NCBI GenBank assembly: GCA_964500725.1
Contig: CAZCNP010000002.1
Coordinates: 69,347 to 133,346, forward strand
Source of the DNA: an uncultured Gammaproteobacteria bacterium
Lineage (GTDB): Bacteria; Patescibacteriota; Microgenomatia; Daviesbacterales; UBA10151
Direction of reading: 5' to 3'
Length of the DNA stretch: 64,000 nucleotides
Part shown: positions 8,677 through 17,737 of the stretch, one piece after another
Layout: the number at the start of each line of letters is the position of its first letter
How positions within the stretch are numbered: position 1 is the first letter of the stretch
Notes under the pieces: generated by a model
What the model was told of the DNA's origin: nothing
The model's database searches: none
The model's input: the letters and a program-made list of their open reading frames with translations, nothing else
Made by a program: the position numbers and the translations under genes

Positions 8677-9827
8677 TTAAATAGTGAGATATTTGGAATT
8701 GGAGCTACATTGGCAATTAGGAAATTTTGGGCATACAGATATGTAGCCAAAAGTATTATAGGAAGTATTATTTTAAATTCTCGGCTGGTTAAAACTTTTT
8801 CAAAAGAAATCAACACAAAAGGGGCAGCAGGTAGTAGGTAACGGCTAATATCTCGATGAGCAACTAAGGAAGAAGCAGCCAAATAGGTTAAAACAAAAAA
8901 TGCCAAAGGGTACAGTTTTTGCTTTAACAGTGTAATTCCACCTAATAGTATTAACATAAAGATATAGACAACATCTTCAAGCCAAATATCTCCTACCCAA
9001 AATTGTTGCTTATTAAATACTTGGAATGGAGGAAAAGTTAAATGAATATTATCACCGCTATGAAAATATGCCCAAAAATCACCATAAGTTTGTCCGTATA
9101 AATAAAATACTCCGAAAAGACTTAATGGGATAAGGAGTAAAGCGGAATATTTTGCTATCGAAGTAAATATTGATACTTGTTGTTTGAGTAATTTCCACAA
9201 AATATACAAAGACAAAGCTATAAATAGTAAAATCCCAGGAGGTCGTGTGATTTGAGCCAGAGCACCAAAGATAGCTGTTAGAAAAATATTTATACTATTA
9301 TGTGACTGTTCAAACTTCATAAAAAAATAGACAGCAGTAATAATAAAGAATATAAAAGTAGGTTCTGATGATCCTACACTATGGACAATTAGCCATCTGG
9401 CAGGTAAGACCAGGAATATAAAAGATAAAAAAAGCGGCTGGTTGGTGAGTTTAAAATCCTTCACTAATAAGTAAAACATCCAAGCGGCGCCAATAGTGGA
9501 TAGCAGAGAAATAAATAACATTGATTTTAAATACCCCAATAGAGGGGCGAGAATATAAATTAAGATTGAATACCCAGGAAAATGAGAGGCAAAATAATTG
9601 GCTGGTAGGGCTTGTCCTAAAGCAGCTATAGAGGCAGGGTTGTAGAAAGTTTTGGCGATAATAATATATTCCAGTCCGTCATAGTTTCGGTAAATGGTGC
9701 TGAAGCCCTCTTTAAAGTTTAATCCCCAAAAATTAGGCATAGCCAGGATATGGGGTAACCAAATTATAAGGGTGATTATAATAGCCAGAGAAGCTAAGAT
9801 AAGGCAGTCTTTTGCAGATTTAACCAT
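8673..9827 (-). CDS. Polytopic membrane protein, putative GT-C glycosyltransferase (PIG-V / GPI mannosyltransferase 2 family-like).
   Basis: About 10 predicted TM helices. First external loop has RNYDGLEYIIIAKTFY, resembling the WDxxHF..IA..GY signature of PIG-V-type mannosyltransferases. Assignment is tentative. Confidence 0.5.
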   Translation of the reverse strand: MVKSAKDCLILASLAIIITLIIWLPHILAMPNFWGLNFKEGFSTIYRNYDGLEYIIIAKTFYNPASIAALGQALPANYFASHFPGYSILIYILAPLLGYLKSMLFISLLSTIGAAWMFYLLVKDFKLTNQPLFLSFIFLVLPARWLIVHSVGSSEPTFIFFIITAVYFFMKFEQSHNSINIFLTAIFGALAQITRPPGILLFIALSLYILWKLLKQQVSIFTSIAKYSALLLIPLSLFGVFYLYGQTYGDFWAYFHSGDNIHLTFPPFQVFNKQQFWVGDIWLEDVVYIFMLILLGGITLLKQKLYPLAFFVLTYLAASSLVAHRDISRYLLPAAPFVLISFEKVLTSREFKIILPIILLATYLYAQNFLIANVAPIPNISLFN

Positions 9828-9876
9828 TGATCAAATCATAGCAGAAAATTGATAAATTATGCTACACTTATGAGCA

Positions 9877-12072
9877 ATGAAGGTTGATTCTTTATCGGTT
9901 TTTTTTCCATGTATTAATGAAGAGGGTAATATTGAAAGCACTGTCTCGCAAGCTGAGACCGTTTTAAAAAAGCTTAAGCTAAAATATGAAATTATTGTTG
10001 TTGATGATGGCTCAACAGACAAGACAGGGGAGATTGCCGATAAATTAGCGAAAGAAAATTCTCATATTAGGGTGATTCATCATCCGAAAAATTTAGGTTA
10101 CGGCGAAGCATTAAAATCGGGTTTCTATAGCGCTAAATACGACGTTATAGTCTATACAGATGGAGATAGACAGTTTGATTTTTCCGAGGTAACTAAATTT
10201 TTAGAAAAAATTAAAGACTCAGATATGGTAATAGGTTATAGAATAAAAAGGCAAGATTCATTTTTGAGAAAACTATTTGGCAGGGGTTGGAGATTGACGC
10301 TATTTACTTTCTTTGGTTTGACGCTGAAGGATGTAGACTGTGGTTTTAAGATGGTGAGAAAAAGTGTGATTGAAAAAATACCTCATCTTGAATCACAAAG
10401 AGGAGCAATGATTAATGCAGAACTGGCAATTAAGGCAAAAAAGTTTGATTTTAGAATAACTCAAGTAGGAGTAAATCATTATCCTAGATTATCAGGTAAG
10501 CCAACAGGAGCAAATATTCAAGTGATAATCAAATCTTATATAGATTTAGTTAAACTTTGGTGGAAACTAAAAGATGAAAAGCTGCTATTTGCTAGTTTAA
10601 TTTTTGTATTGTTTTTAGCAGGTTTTTTCAGGTTTTACAAAATCTCTGAGTACATGACTTTTTTAGGGGATGAGGGACGTGATGCAATTGTTATAAAAAA
10701 AATACTGACAAATTATGACTTACCTTTGATTGGACCTCCAACTTCCGTAGGTAATATTTATTTGGGGCCGCTTTATTACTATCTAATGACGCTTCCGATG
10801 GCAATTTTCTACCTTAACCCTGTAGCTGCTGCTGGCATGAATGCCTTTTTTGGTGTGGCAACTGTGCTGTTTATTTACTATCTTGGTAAAAACTGGTTTG
10901 GCAGGTTTGCAGGCTTAGTAGCAGCTTACTTATATGCTATATCGCCAGTGACAGTAATCTACTCAAGATCCTCCTGGAACCCCAATCCTACTCCTTTTTT
11001 CTCGCTGCTTACTATTTTTGGATTCTATAAAGCTTATGAGTCAAAAAACTTTAAGTGGTTAATTTTAACAGGGATAGGAGCAGCAGCAGCAATACAAATG
11101 CATTATTTAGCGTTGATTTTACTGCCAATTATTGTAGTTGTTTGGATTAAGGCGTTATTAAGTAATTTAGCAGAGAACAAATATAGGGCCTTTTGGGCAG
11201 GGACAATTCTTGCAGTTGCATCTTTTCTATTCTTGATGTCTCCACTTGTAGTTTTCGATATAAAACATAACTTCTTAAATTATCGAGCAATTACTGAGTT
11301 GTTTTCCAATAATGATACGGCGGTAAGTTTTAATCTATTGAATACATTAAGTAAGATTCCCGCAATATTCAGTAATAATTTGATCGGAAGATACATTGCT
11401 GCAGAGAATAGTTTTTTACAGCAGCTAGTTGCGTTACTGGTTCTGATGCCTCTTGCTGGGGCTACTTATCAAGTATATAAAAACCGCTTGATAAATTTTG
11501 GCTTATGGATATTAAATACCTGGTTGTTAATTGGGGTATTAGGGTTGAGTTTTTATAAAGGGAGTATTTACGATCATTACTTAGGGTTTTTAAATCCTGC
11601 TCCTTTCTTGCTTTTGGGGGGAGTTGTATTTTTGATATCTTTAGCGCCAAAAAGGATTAGATGGCTAGGTAACGGAGGAGTGTTTATAATGCTTATTACT
11701 TTGACAATAGTTAATCTTCAAAAATCTCCACTTTTGAAACCTCCAAACAATCAGTTAATAAGAACTCAGCAAGTGGCTAAGTTTGTTATTAATGAGGCAA
11801 AAGGAGAAGACTTCAATTTTGCCTTGCTTGCTGCTAGGAATTATGATTCAGCATACCAGTATTATCTAGATATTTATGGACATAAACCTCAACAAGTACC
11901 GTTTGAAATTACAGATCAATTATTTGTAGTTTGTGAGGATGCTATATGCCAGCCTATTAATAATGCTAAATATGAGATTGCAGGTTTTGGTTGGGCTAAA
12001 GTGGTAAGCGAGCAGAACATATACGGGGTAAAGGTTTTTAAATTAGTGCATAATCCATCTGGTAAACCATGA
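9877..12072 (+). CDS. Bifunctional fusion: N-terminal DPM1-like GT2 and C-terminal ArnT/PMT-like GT-C membrane glycosyltransferase.
   Basis: Residues 1-230 are GT2 (FFPCINEEGNI, VVDDGSTDKTGEIA, DGDRQFD). Residues about 240-731 are polytopic, with LGDEGRDAIVIKKIL and GPLYYY in the first external loop, typical of ArnT/PMT-type GT-C enzymes. Confidence 0.8.
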   Translation: MKVDSLSVFFPCINEEGNIESTVSQAETVLKKLKLKYEIIVVDDGSTDKTGEIADKLAKENSHIRVIHHPKNLGYGEALKSGFYSAKYDVIVYTDGDRQFDFSEVTKFLEKIKDSDMVIGYRIKRQDSFLRKLFGRGWRLTLFTFFGLTLKDVDCGFKMVRKSVIEKIPHLESQRGAMINAELAIKAKKFDFRITQVGVNHYPRLSGKPTGANIQVIIKSYIDLVKLWWKLKDEKLLFASLIFVLFLAGFFRFYKISEYMTFLGDEGRDAIVIKKILTNYDLPLIGPPTSVGNIYLGPLYYYLMTLPMAIFYLNPVAAAGMNAFFGVATVLFIYYLGKNWFGRFAGLVAAYLYAISPVTVIYSRSSWNPNPTPFFSLLTIFGFYKAYESKNFKWLILTGIGAAAAIQMHYLALILLPIIVVVWIKALLSNLAENKYRAFWAGTILAVASFLFLMSPLVVFDIKHNFLNYRAITELFSNNDTAVSFNLLNTLSKIPAIFSNNLIGRYIAAENSFLQQLVALLVLMPLAGATYQVYKNRLINFGLWILNTWLLIGVLGLSFYKGSIYDHYLGFLNPAPFLLLGGVVFLISLAPKRIRWLGNGGVFIMLITLTIVNLQKSPLLKPPNNQLIRTQQVAKFVINEAKGEDFNFALLAARNYDSAYQYYLDIYGHKPQQVPFEITDQLFVVCEDAICQPINNAKYEIAGFGWAKVVSEQNIYGVKVFKLVHNPSGKP

Positions 12073-12806
12073 AAAAGATATCTATTGTTATTCCTGCATA
12101 TAATGAGACAGCTAATTTAAAAAGAGGAGTGTTGTTAGAAGTAGGGAAGTATTTGGACCAACTTAAACTGGATTATGAAGTGATTGTAGTAGATGATGGT
12201 TCTTCGGATCAGAGTGTTGAAATAATTAAAAAATATATATCCAAAAATGAAAATTTCAAACTCCTTCAAAATTCTCATGGAGGAAAAGCCAATGCGGTAA
12301 TGACAGGTATGCTTAGTGCGGCAGGAGAAATTATATTATTTACGGATATGGATCAAGCTACGCCCATTAATCAAATCGAAAAGTTCCTGCCTAAATTTGC
12401 TAATGGTTTTGATATTGTGATTGGATCACGTCAAGGGAGAAAAGGAGCGCCTTTAGTTAGAAAATTATCAGCATGGGGTTTTTCTTTGCTGCGCGCAGTG
12501 ATTTTAGGATTACCTTTTAAAGATACCCAGTGCGGTTTTAAAGCATTTAGTAAAAGTGTGGTTGATAAATTAATACCCAAGATAAAAAGTGAATGGGGAG
12601 TAGTTCATTTTAAGGGTGGGGCAGTTAATGCGGGGTTTGATGTTGAGCTTTTGTACCTAGCTAAAAAGTATGGTTTTAGGATTGCTGAGGTTGAGGTGGA
12701 GTGGAAATATGTTGACACTGAAAGGGTGCAAGTTGTTAAAGATGCAGCAGCAGCAATTTATGATATGTTCAGAATAAGGTTGAATGATTTGAGGAACAAA
12801 TACTGA
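12069..12806 (+). CDS. GT2 glycosyltransferase, DPM1-like (polyprenyl-phosphate hexose synthase-like).
   Basis: ISIVIPAYNETANL, VVDDGSSDQS, FTDMDQATP (DxD). Soluble, 245 aa. ATGA overlap with the upstream gene. Confidence 0.85.
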   Translation: MKKISIVIPAYNETANLKRGVLLEVGKYLDQLKLDYEVIVVDDGSSDQSVEIIKKYISKNENFKLLQNSHGGKANAVMTGMLSAAGEIILFTDMDQATPINQIEKFLPKFANGFDIVIGSRQGRKGAPLVRKLSAWGFSLLRAVILGLPFKDTQCGFKAFSKSVVDKLIPKIKSEWGVVHFKGGAVNAGFDVELLYLAKKYGFRIAEVEVEWKYVDTERVQVVKDAAAAIYDMFRIRLNDLRNKY

Positions 12807-12861
12807 CAATTTCTTCCTATAAAATCTTGCCTTTTATTTTTGCAAAACGTAGAATAGTAGA
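12807..12861. promoter_or_regulatory. Possible internal promoter upstream of the GT-C gene at 12862.
   Basis: One of the few real intergenic gaps (55 bp). Contains a TAGAAT -10-like hexamer. Speculative. Confidence 0.2.
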
Positions 12862-14385
12862 GTGAAGCTCCTGTTGCAACATAAGATTGAAATTTTAATT
12901 CTTTTCTTGCTAGCTGTTTTGTACTTTGCTCTGCGGTTACCAAATTTAACACTGCAGCCTATCTTTGCAGATGAGGCAATCTATATCAGATGGGCGCAGG
13001 TGATGAAAGCAGAGTCTACCTTACGGTTCTTACCTTTATCTGATGGCAAAACCCCTCTTTTTATGTGGGTTTTAATTCCTGTTTTCAAATTTATTAATGA
13101 CCCACTCCTTGCAGGAAGATTTGTATCTGTAGCAGCAGGTTTTTTTACATTGCTAGGAGTATTTTTTCTGTCCAAAAAAGTTTTCAATATAAAAACTGCC
13201 TTGTGGGCATGTTTGTTATATGTAATAACCCCTTATGCTGTTTTTTTTGATCGGATGGCTTTAGTTGATTCGATGCTTTCAGCTTTCACTATTTGGTCAG
13301 TATATCTTGCGATACTTCTTGCTGGTAATTTGAGATTTGATACCTCGATGGTCTTAGGGTATTTGCTTGGTGGCGCTTTACTTACCAAGACTCCTGCTAT
13401 GATTAACCTGTTGCTTCTTCCAATTACCATATTGGGGTTCAGAAATGAAAAGAAAACAAAAAATACTTTTCTTAAATTAGTATTGCTATGGGGGCTAGCG
13501 ATTATCATAGCCTTGGTTATGTATAATACTTTAAGGCTTGGACCTAATTTTCATCTGCTTTCATCAAGAAATGCTGATTATATTTTCTCCCCATTAGAAC
13601 TTTTAGGAAGACCTTTAGATCCTTTTATACCTCATTTTAATGATATCGCTGATTGGTTTCCAAAACTGTTTACCTGGCCGATTTTACTTTCAGGGCTGAT
13701 GGGAATTGCCTATCTGATTTTTGGATTATGGCAACAATCCTTTAGAGGACCACTGCTTAAGGGATTGGTAATATTGCTTTGGGCTTTAATACCGCTTCTG
13801 TTAAACATGACGTTTTTAAAAACTTTTACCTCCCGCTACCTTTTACCCTCAATCCCTACTTTTCTTATTTTAGCTGGTTTTGGGATAACTAAATTATTGC
13901 CAAGGTTGGCTTATATAAAGAGGTTTCCTCTGGCATTAATGTTGATAGTGGTTTTGCCGCTTCCTTTATACTTTAATTATTTATTACTAACCTCACCTGA
14001 TAAAGCTCCTTTACCTAGGGAAACAAGAGAAGGATATTTTGAAGCATGGACAGCAGGATATGGATTTTCTGATATTGCCGAATTTATAAAGGAGAAAAGT
14101 AAAACTCAAAAAGTAGTAGTGGGTACAGAAGGCTTTTTTGGAACTTTGCCAGATGGGTTGTATATTTATTTGGATAAATCAAATGTTTCTTTTGTTGGCT
14201 CTCATGCTACTATCTCTGCTCAAATTAGAGAGGCAGCCAAGGATAATTTAGTATATTTTGTTGGTAATAAAAAGAGGGTTCAAGGCAGTGTTAGTAATGT
14301 AATTTTAATTAAAGAATATCCAAAAGCCAAACCAAAAGATAATTCTCCTCAAGATGCAACAGTTTTATATCAAGTATTGCCGTAG
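12862..14385 (+). CDS. ArnT/PMT-family (GT83/GT39-like) GT-C membrane glycosyltransferase.
   Basis: GTG start. First loop has IFADEAIYIRWAQ (DE catalytic motif). About 11 TM helices followed by a C-terminal soluble domain of about 120 aa. Confidence 0.7.
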   Translation: MKLLLQHKIEILILFLLAVLYFALRLPNLTLQPIFADEAIYIRWAQVMKAESTLRFLPLSDGKTPLFMWVLIPVFKFINDPLLAGRFVSVAAGFFTLLGVFFLSKKVFNIKTALWACLLYVITPYAVFFDRMALVDSMLSAFTIWSVYLAILLAGNLRFDTSMVLGYLLGGALLTKTPAMINLLLLPITILGFRNEKKTKNTFLKLVLLWGLAIIIALVMYNTLRLGPNFHLLSSRNADYIFSPLELLGRPLDPFIPHFNDIADWFPKLFTWPILLSGLMGIAYLIFGLWQQSFRGPLLKGLVILLWALIPLLLNMTFLKTFTSRYLLPSIPTFLILAGFGITKLLPRLAYIKRFPLALMLIVVLPLPLYFNYLLLTSPDKAPLPRETREGYFEAWTAGYGFSDIAEFIKEKSKTQKVVVGTEGFFGTLPDGLYIYLDKSNVSFVGSHATISAQIREAAKDNLVYFVGNKKRVQGSVSNVILIKEYPKAKPKDNSPQDATVLYQVLP

Positions 14386-14391
14386 CTTTTT

Positions 14392-16092
14392 ATGTATAAA
14401 TTTTTAAATAAGGATTTTCTTTTCCCAGTTTTTATTATTGTTTTAACTGTCCCCCTTTTTTCATCGCTTGCCCGTCCTGGTTTTTTTCCGATGCAGGATG
14501 ACTTGCAAGCTTTTAGGGTGCAACAGATGACAAAGTGTCTACAAGATTTTCAAATTCCTTGCAGGTGGATTCCAGACATGGGTTACCAATACGGTTATCC
14601 GCAGTTTAACTTTTACCCTCCCAGTGTATTTTATCTTGGAGGGGTATTAAACCTTCTAGGTATACAAGTGGTAGATAGTGTAAAAATCTTATTCATGTTA
14701 GGGTTTTTGCTTTCAGCTATGACGATGTATATTTTTTTGAAAGCCTTAATAGGGAATTGGTCTGCATTTGTGGGAGCAATCCTTTATAGTTTTGCGCCGT
14801 ATAAAGCAGCGGAAGTTTATGTTAGAGGATCTTTGAGTGAGTTTTGGGCTTTTGTATTTTTTCCACTTATTTTTTGGTCGACCCTGCAGCTTATTAAATT
14901 GGGCAAGTTAAAATACCTTTTATGGCTGTCGGTTTCCATAGGCCTGCTTTTGATTACCCACAATCTAATGTCCTTTATTTTTCTGCCTCTTTTTACTGTT
15001 TGGGCGCTTGCAGTCTCATTCGTTTGGAAAAGATGGGGGGCTCTTCCCAAGGTGGTTGCTGGTTCTTTATTAGGAGCAGGCTTGGCTGGGTTTTTTATTC
15101 TGCCAGTAATATTAGAAGGAAAATACGTACATCTGGAAACTTTAACAGGAGGATATTTTGATTGGCGCCAACATTTTGTCAGCTTACAGCAGCTTTTTTT
15201 ATCTAATCATTTTGGATATGGCTCTTCCTACTTGGGACCAAATGATGATCTGGCGCTTTCAGTTGGAGTTGTGCATTGGATGTTGGGAGCGATAGCTATT
15301 ATTTTTTCTGTATTAACTTTTAAAAAGGAAAGAAAGGTTGCCAGTTTAGTCTTTATATTATCAATTTTGGAACTGATTGTAGTATTTTTAATGCATCAAA
15401 AATCCACCTTTATTTGGGAAAGCATACCTTATTTAAAATGGTTACAATTTCCTTGGAGGTTTTTATCAGATAGTGTTTTTTTGTTATCTATATTGGGCGC
15501 AATTGCCGTCTATTTTATAGGCAAATTTAACACAAAGCTTGAGGTAGTTTTGAGTGTAGTTATAATCTTAAGTTTGATTTTACTGCATGGGTCATTTTTC
15601 CAACCTAAGGAGTGGTTTGATATTTCAGATCAAGAAAAGTTTTCCGGACAGTCTTGGGAAAAGCAATTGACAATTAGCATTTTTGATTATCTGCCAATAT
15701 ATGCCAAACTGCCGCCGAACAAAAAAGCCCCATCCTTACCGGAAGTTCTAGATGGGGAAGCAATATTTATAAATTATAAAAAGGGAAGTAATTATCAGGA
15801 AGGTTTAATTGAAGTAAAAAATAAAGCCACGATTAGGCTGCCACTATTTGATTTTCCTGGCATGGAAGTTACAGTTGATCAAAAAAAGGTAAACCACAGG
15901 CATAATGATTGCAGAAAACAGGAATATTGCTTGGGTCTTATTACCTTTGATGTTGATAAAGGAAAGCATGCTTTAAAAGCTAAGCTTGAGGATACCTTAG
16001 TTAGAACATTAGGTAATATAATTACTTTAGGCAGCTTTTTTATTGTTGCAGGGGGAGTATTTCTCCAAAGCAGAAAAAATGAAAAATCTTAG
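14392..16092 (+). CDS. Tandem paralog 1 of a polytopic membrane protein family with an HDD / Cys-Cys / GYP-FN-Y motif; putative GT-C glycosyltransferase.
   Basis: FFPMQDDLQAFRVQQMTKCLQDFQIPCRWIPDMGYQYGYPQFNFYPP in the first extracytoplasmic loop. Conserved FPWRFL mid-motif. C-terminal soluble domain ending in an LxDTxVRT motif. Confidence 0.7.
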   Translation: MYKFLNKDFLFPVFIIVLTVPLFSSLARPGFFPMQDDLQAFRVQQMTKCLQDFQIPCRWIPDMGYQYGYPQFNFYPPSVFYLGGVLNLLGIQVVDSVKILFMLGFLLSAMTMYIFLKALIGNWSAFVGAILYSFAPYKAAEVYVRGSLSEFWAFVFFPLIFWSTLQLIKLGKLKYLLWLSVSIGLLLITHNLMSFIFLPLFTVWALAVSFVWKRWGALPKVVAGSLLGAGLAGFFILPVILEGKYVHLETLTGGYFDWRQHFVSLQQLFLSNHFGYGSSYLGPNDDLALSVGVVHWMLGAIAIIFSVLTFKKERKVASLVFILSILELIVVFLMHQKSTFIWESIPYLKWLQFPWRFLSDSVFLLSILGAIAVYFIGKFNTKLEVVLSVVIILSLILLHGSFFQPKEWFDISDQEKFSGQSWEKQLTISIFDYLPIYAKLPPNKKAPSLPEVLDGEAIFINYKKGSNYQEGLIEVKNKATIRLPLFDFPGMEVTVDQKKVNHRHNDCRKQEYCLGLITFDVDKGKHALKAKLEDTLVRTLGNIITLGSFFIVAGGVFLQSRKNEKS

Positions 16093-17737
16093 AATTGCTT
16101 ATTGGCCACTATTGGTGATTTTGGTTTTATCAGCGCTAATTGTTTGGCCGCTTTTTTTGCCTGGGTATTTTTCTCACCATGATGATTTGCAGGTAATGAG
16201 AATATTTGAGATGAGAAAATGCTTGCAAGATTTGCAAATTCCCTGCCGTTGGGTACCAGATATGGGATATGGTAATGGTTATCCTCTATTTAATTACTAC
16301 AATCCTTTTCCATATTATTTAGGTGGAGTTTTAAGCTTTTTTCTGGGATTTATAGTATCAGCAAAAATTTTATTTTTTATTCCGCTGGTATTAGGTGGTT
16401 TTTCGATGTATCTTTTTGTTAAAGAAATATTTGGTAAAGAGCCAGCGCTTTTGGCAGCTGTTTTGCATCTTTTTGCTCCATATAGAGCACTGGACTCTTA
16501 TGTTAGGGGAGCAGTGGCAGAAAGTTTTGCTATAGCGCTGATCCCACTAGTTTTATATTTTGCTTTAAAACTTATCAAAGAAAATACAAAAAAATATTTA
16601 ATCTATCTGGCAGTTACTTTGGCAGCATTTTTGACCAGTCACACAATTATGACAATGTTATTTTTACCGGTATTATTAAGTTTAATATCTTACTGGGTAT
16701 GGGTAGAAAAAAGGGGTTTTTATGTAATATTTGGGCTGCTTTTAGGGATTGGATTATCAGCATTTTTTACCCTACCTGCATATTTTGAAAAAAACTTAGT
16801 CCAGATAGATAATTTAGCAAGACTGGATTTAGATTTTAGAGCACATTTTGTCACATTACCTCAGCTTTTTTTAGATAGATCATGGGGGTATGGAGCTTCT
16901 TTTTCCGGCCCTTCAGATACCATATCTTTTCAAGTAGGTTGGCCCCACTGGATTTTAGTTTTTTTATCTATACCTTTGGTATTAATATTAAAAAGAAAAA
17001 ACACTAAACTTCTAGTTTTTTATCTGGGAACCTTAATAGTTTTTATGTTATCAATTTTTATGACCCACAATAAGTCAGCATTTATCTGGGAAAAGATTGG
17101 ACTTTTAAGATTTACTCAATTTCCTTGGAGATTTTTGTCGGTGACAATTTTTACTACATCAATATTGGGGGCATTCTTAATCTATGCTTTAAATCAAAAA
17201 TTAAAAAAAGTGTTAACTATTATTTTAGTTATTATAATAGCTGGTCTTAATTGGAATTATTTCAGGCCTTATCAATTTATCTTTGGTTTGACAGATCAAG
17301 AAAAGCTGTCTGGGAAAGAGTGGGAAACACAGCAAAAAGCTTCTATTTTGGATTACTTGCCTGTTGGAGCCAGAGAGCCGATAGAACCTGCTCCGAATGA
17401 GCCTATTATCAGAAAAGGTCAGGCCAAGACTGACTTTTTTGAGAAAAGATCTAATAGCTGGAAGTTGGGTATAGATGTAAAATCTACCTCAGAAGTAGAA
17501 ATTCCAGTGATAGATTTTCCTAATTGGAAAGTTTTTGAAAACGGAAAAGAGATTAAACATTCAAATGATAATTTTGTAAAAAGGATTAGTGTGAATTTGT
17601 CTCCAGGCAAACACTTACTTTTGGGAAAACTGACAGATACACCGATTAGAACTATTAGTAATGTTATTTCTCTCTTATCTTTACTGGTTGTTTTTTACCT
17701 AATCTTTTATGATGGAAGCAGAAAAATTTTTAAATAA
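16079..17737 (+). CDS. Tandem paralog 2 of the HDD/Cys-Cys family; putative GT-C glycosyltransferase.
   Basis: YFSHHDDLQVMRIFEMRKCLQDLQIPCRWVPDMGYGNGYPLFNYYNP, FPWRFL, LTDTPIRT. Start at the internal Met (MKNLRIAYWP) to minimise overlap. Confidence 0.7.
   Translation: MKNLRIAYWPLLVILVLSALIVWPLFLPGYFSHHDDLQVMRIFEMRKCLQDLQIPCRWVPDMGYGNGYPLFNYYNPFPYYLGGVLSFFLGFIVSAKILFFIPLVLGGFSMYLFVKEIFGKEPALLAAVLHLFAPYRALDSYVRGAVAESFAIALIPLVLYFALKLIKENTKKYLIYLAVTLAAFLTSHTIMTMLFLPVLLSLISYWVWVEKRGFYVIFGLLLGIGLSAFFTLPAYFEKNLVQIDNLARLDLDFRAHFVTLPQLFLDRSWGYGASFSGPSDTISFQVGWPHWILVFLSIPLVLILKRKNTKLLVFYLGTLIVFMLSIFMTHNKSAFIWEKIGLLRFTQFPWRFLSVTIFTTSILGAFLIYALNQKLKKVLTIILVIIIAGLNWNYFRPYQFIFGLTDQEKLSGKEWETQQKASILDYLPVGAREPIEPAPNEPIIRKGQAKTDFFEKRSNSWKLGIDVKSTSEVEIPVIDFPNWKVFENGKEIKHSNDNFVKRISVNLSPGKHLLLGKLTDTPIRTISNVISLLSLLVVFYLIFYDGSRKIFK

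Noticed and set aside
11462-11650. Small antisense ORFs throughout (for example 11462, 12758, 12981, 13233, 14817, 14922, 17419, 20523, 20594, 21593, 22854, 23561, 23835, 27141, 29832, 30608, 31582, 31703, 32061, 33539, 37793, 38582, 39910, 41919, 46897, 48483, 48787, 49525, 49920, 54484, 55521, 56019, 58852, 59056).
   Set aside because: All are 60-160 aa, embedded in or antisense to long well-supported genes, and lack motifs. They are typical spurious ORFs in AT-rich DNA.
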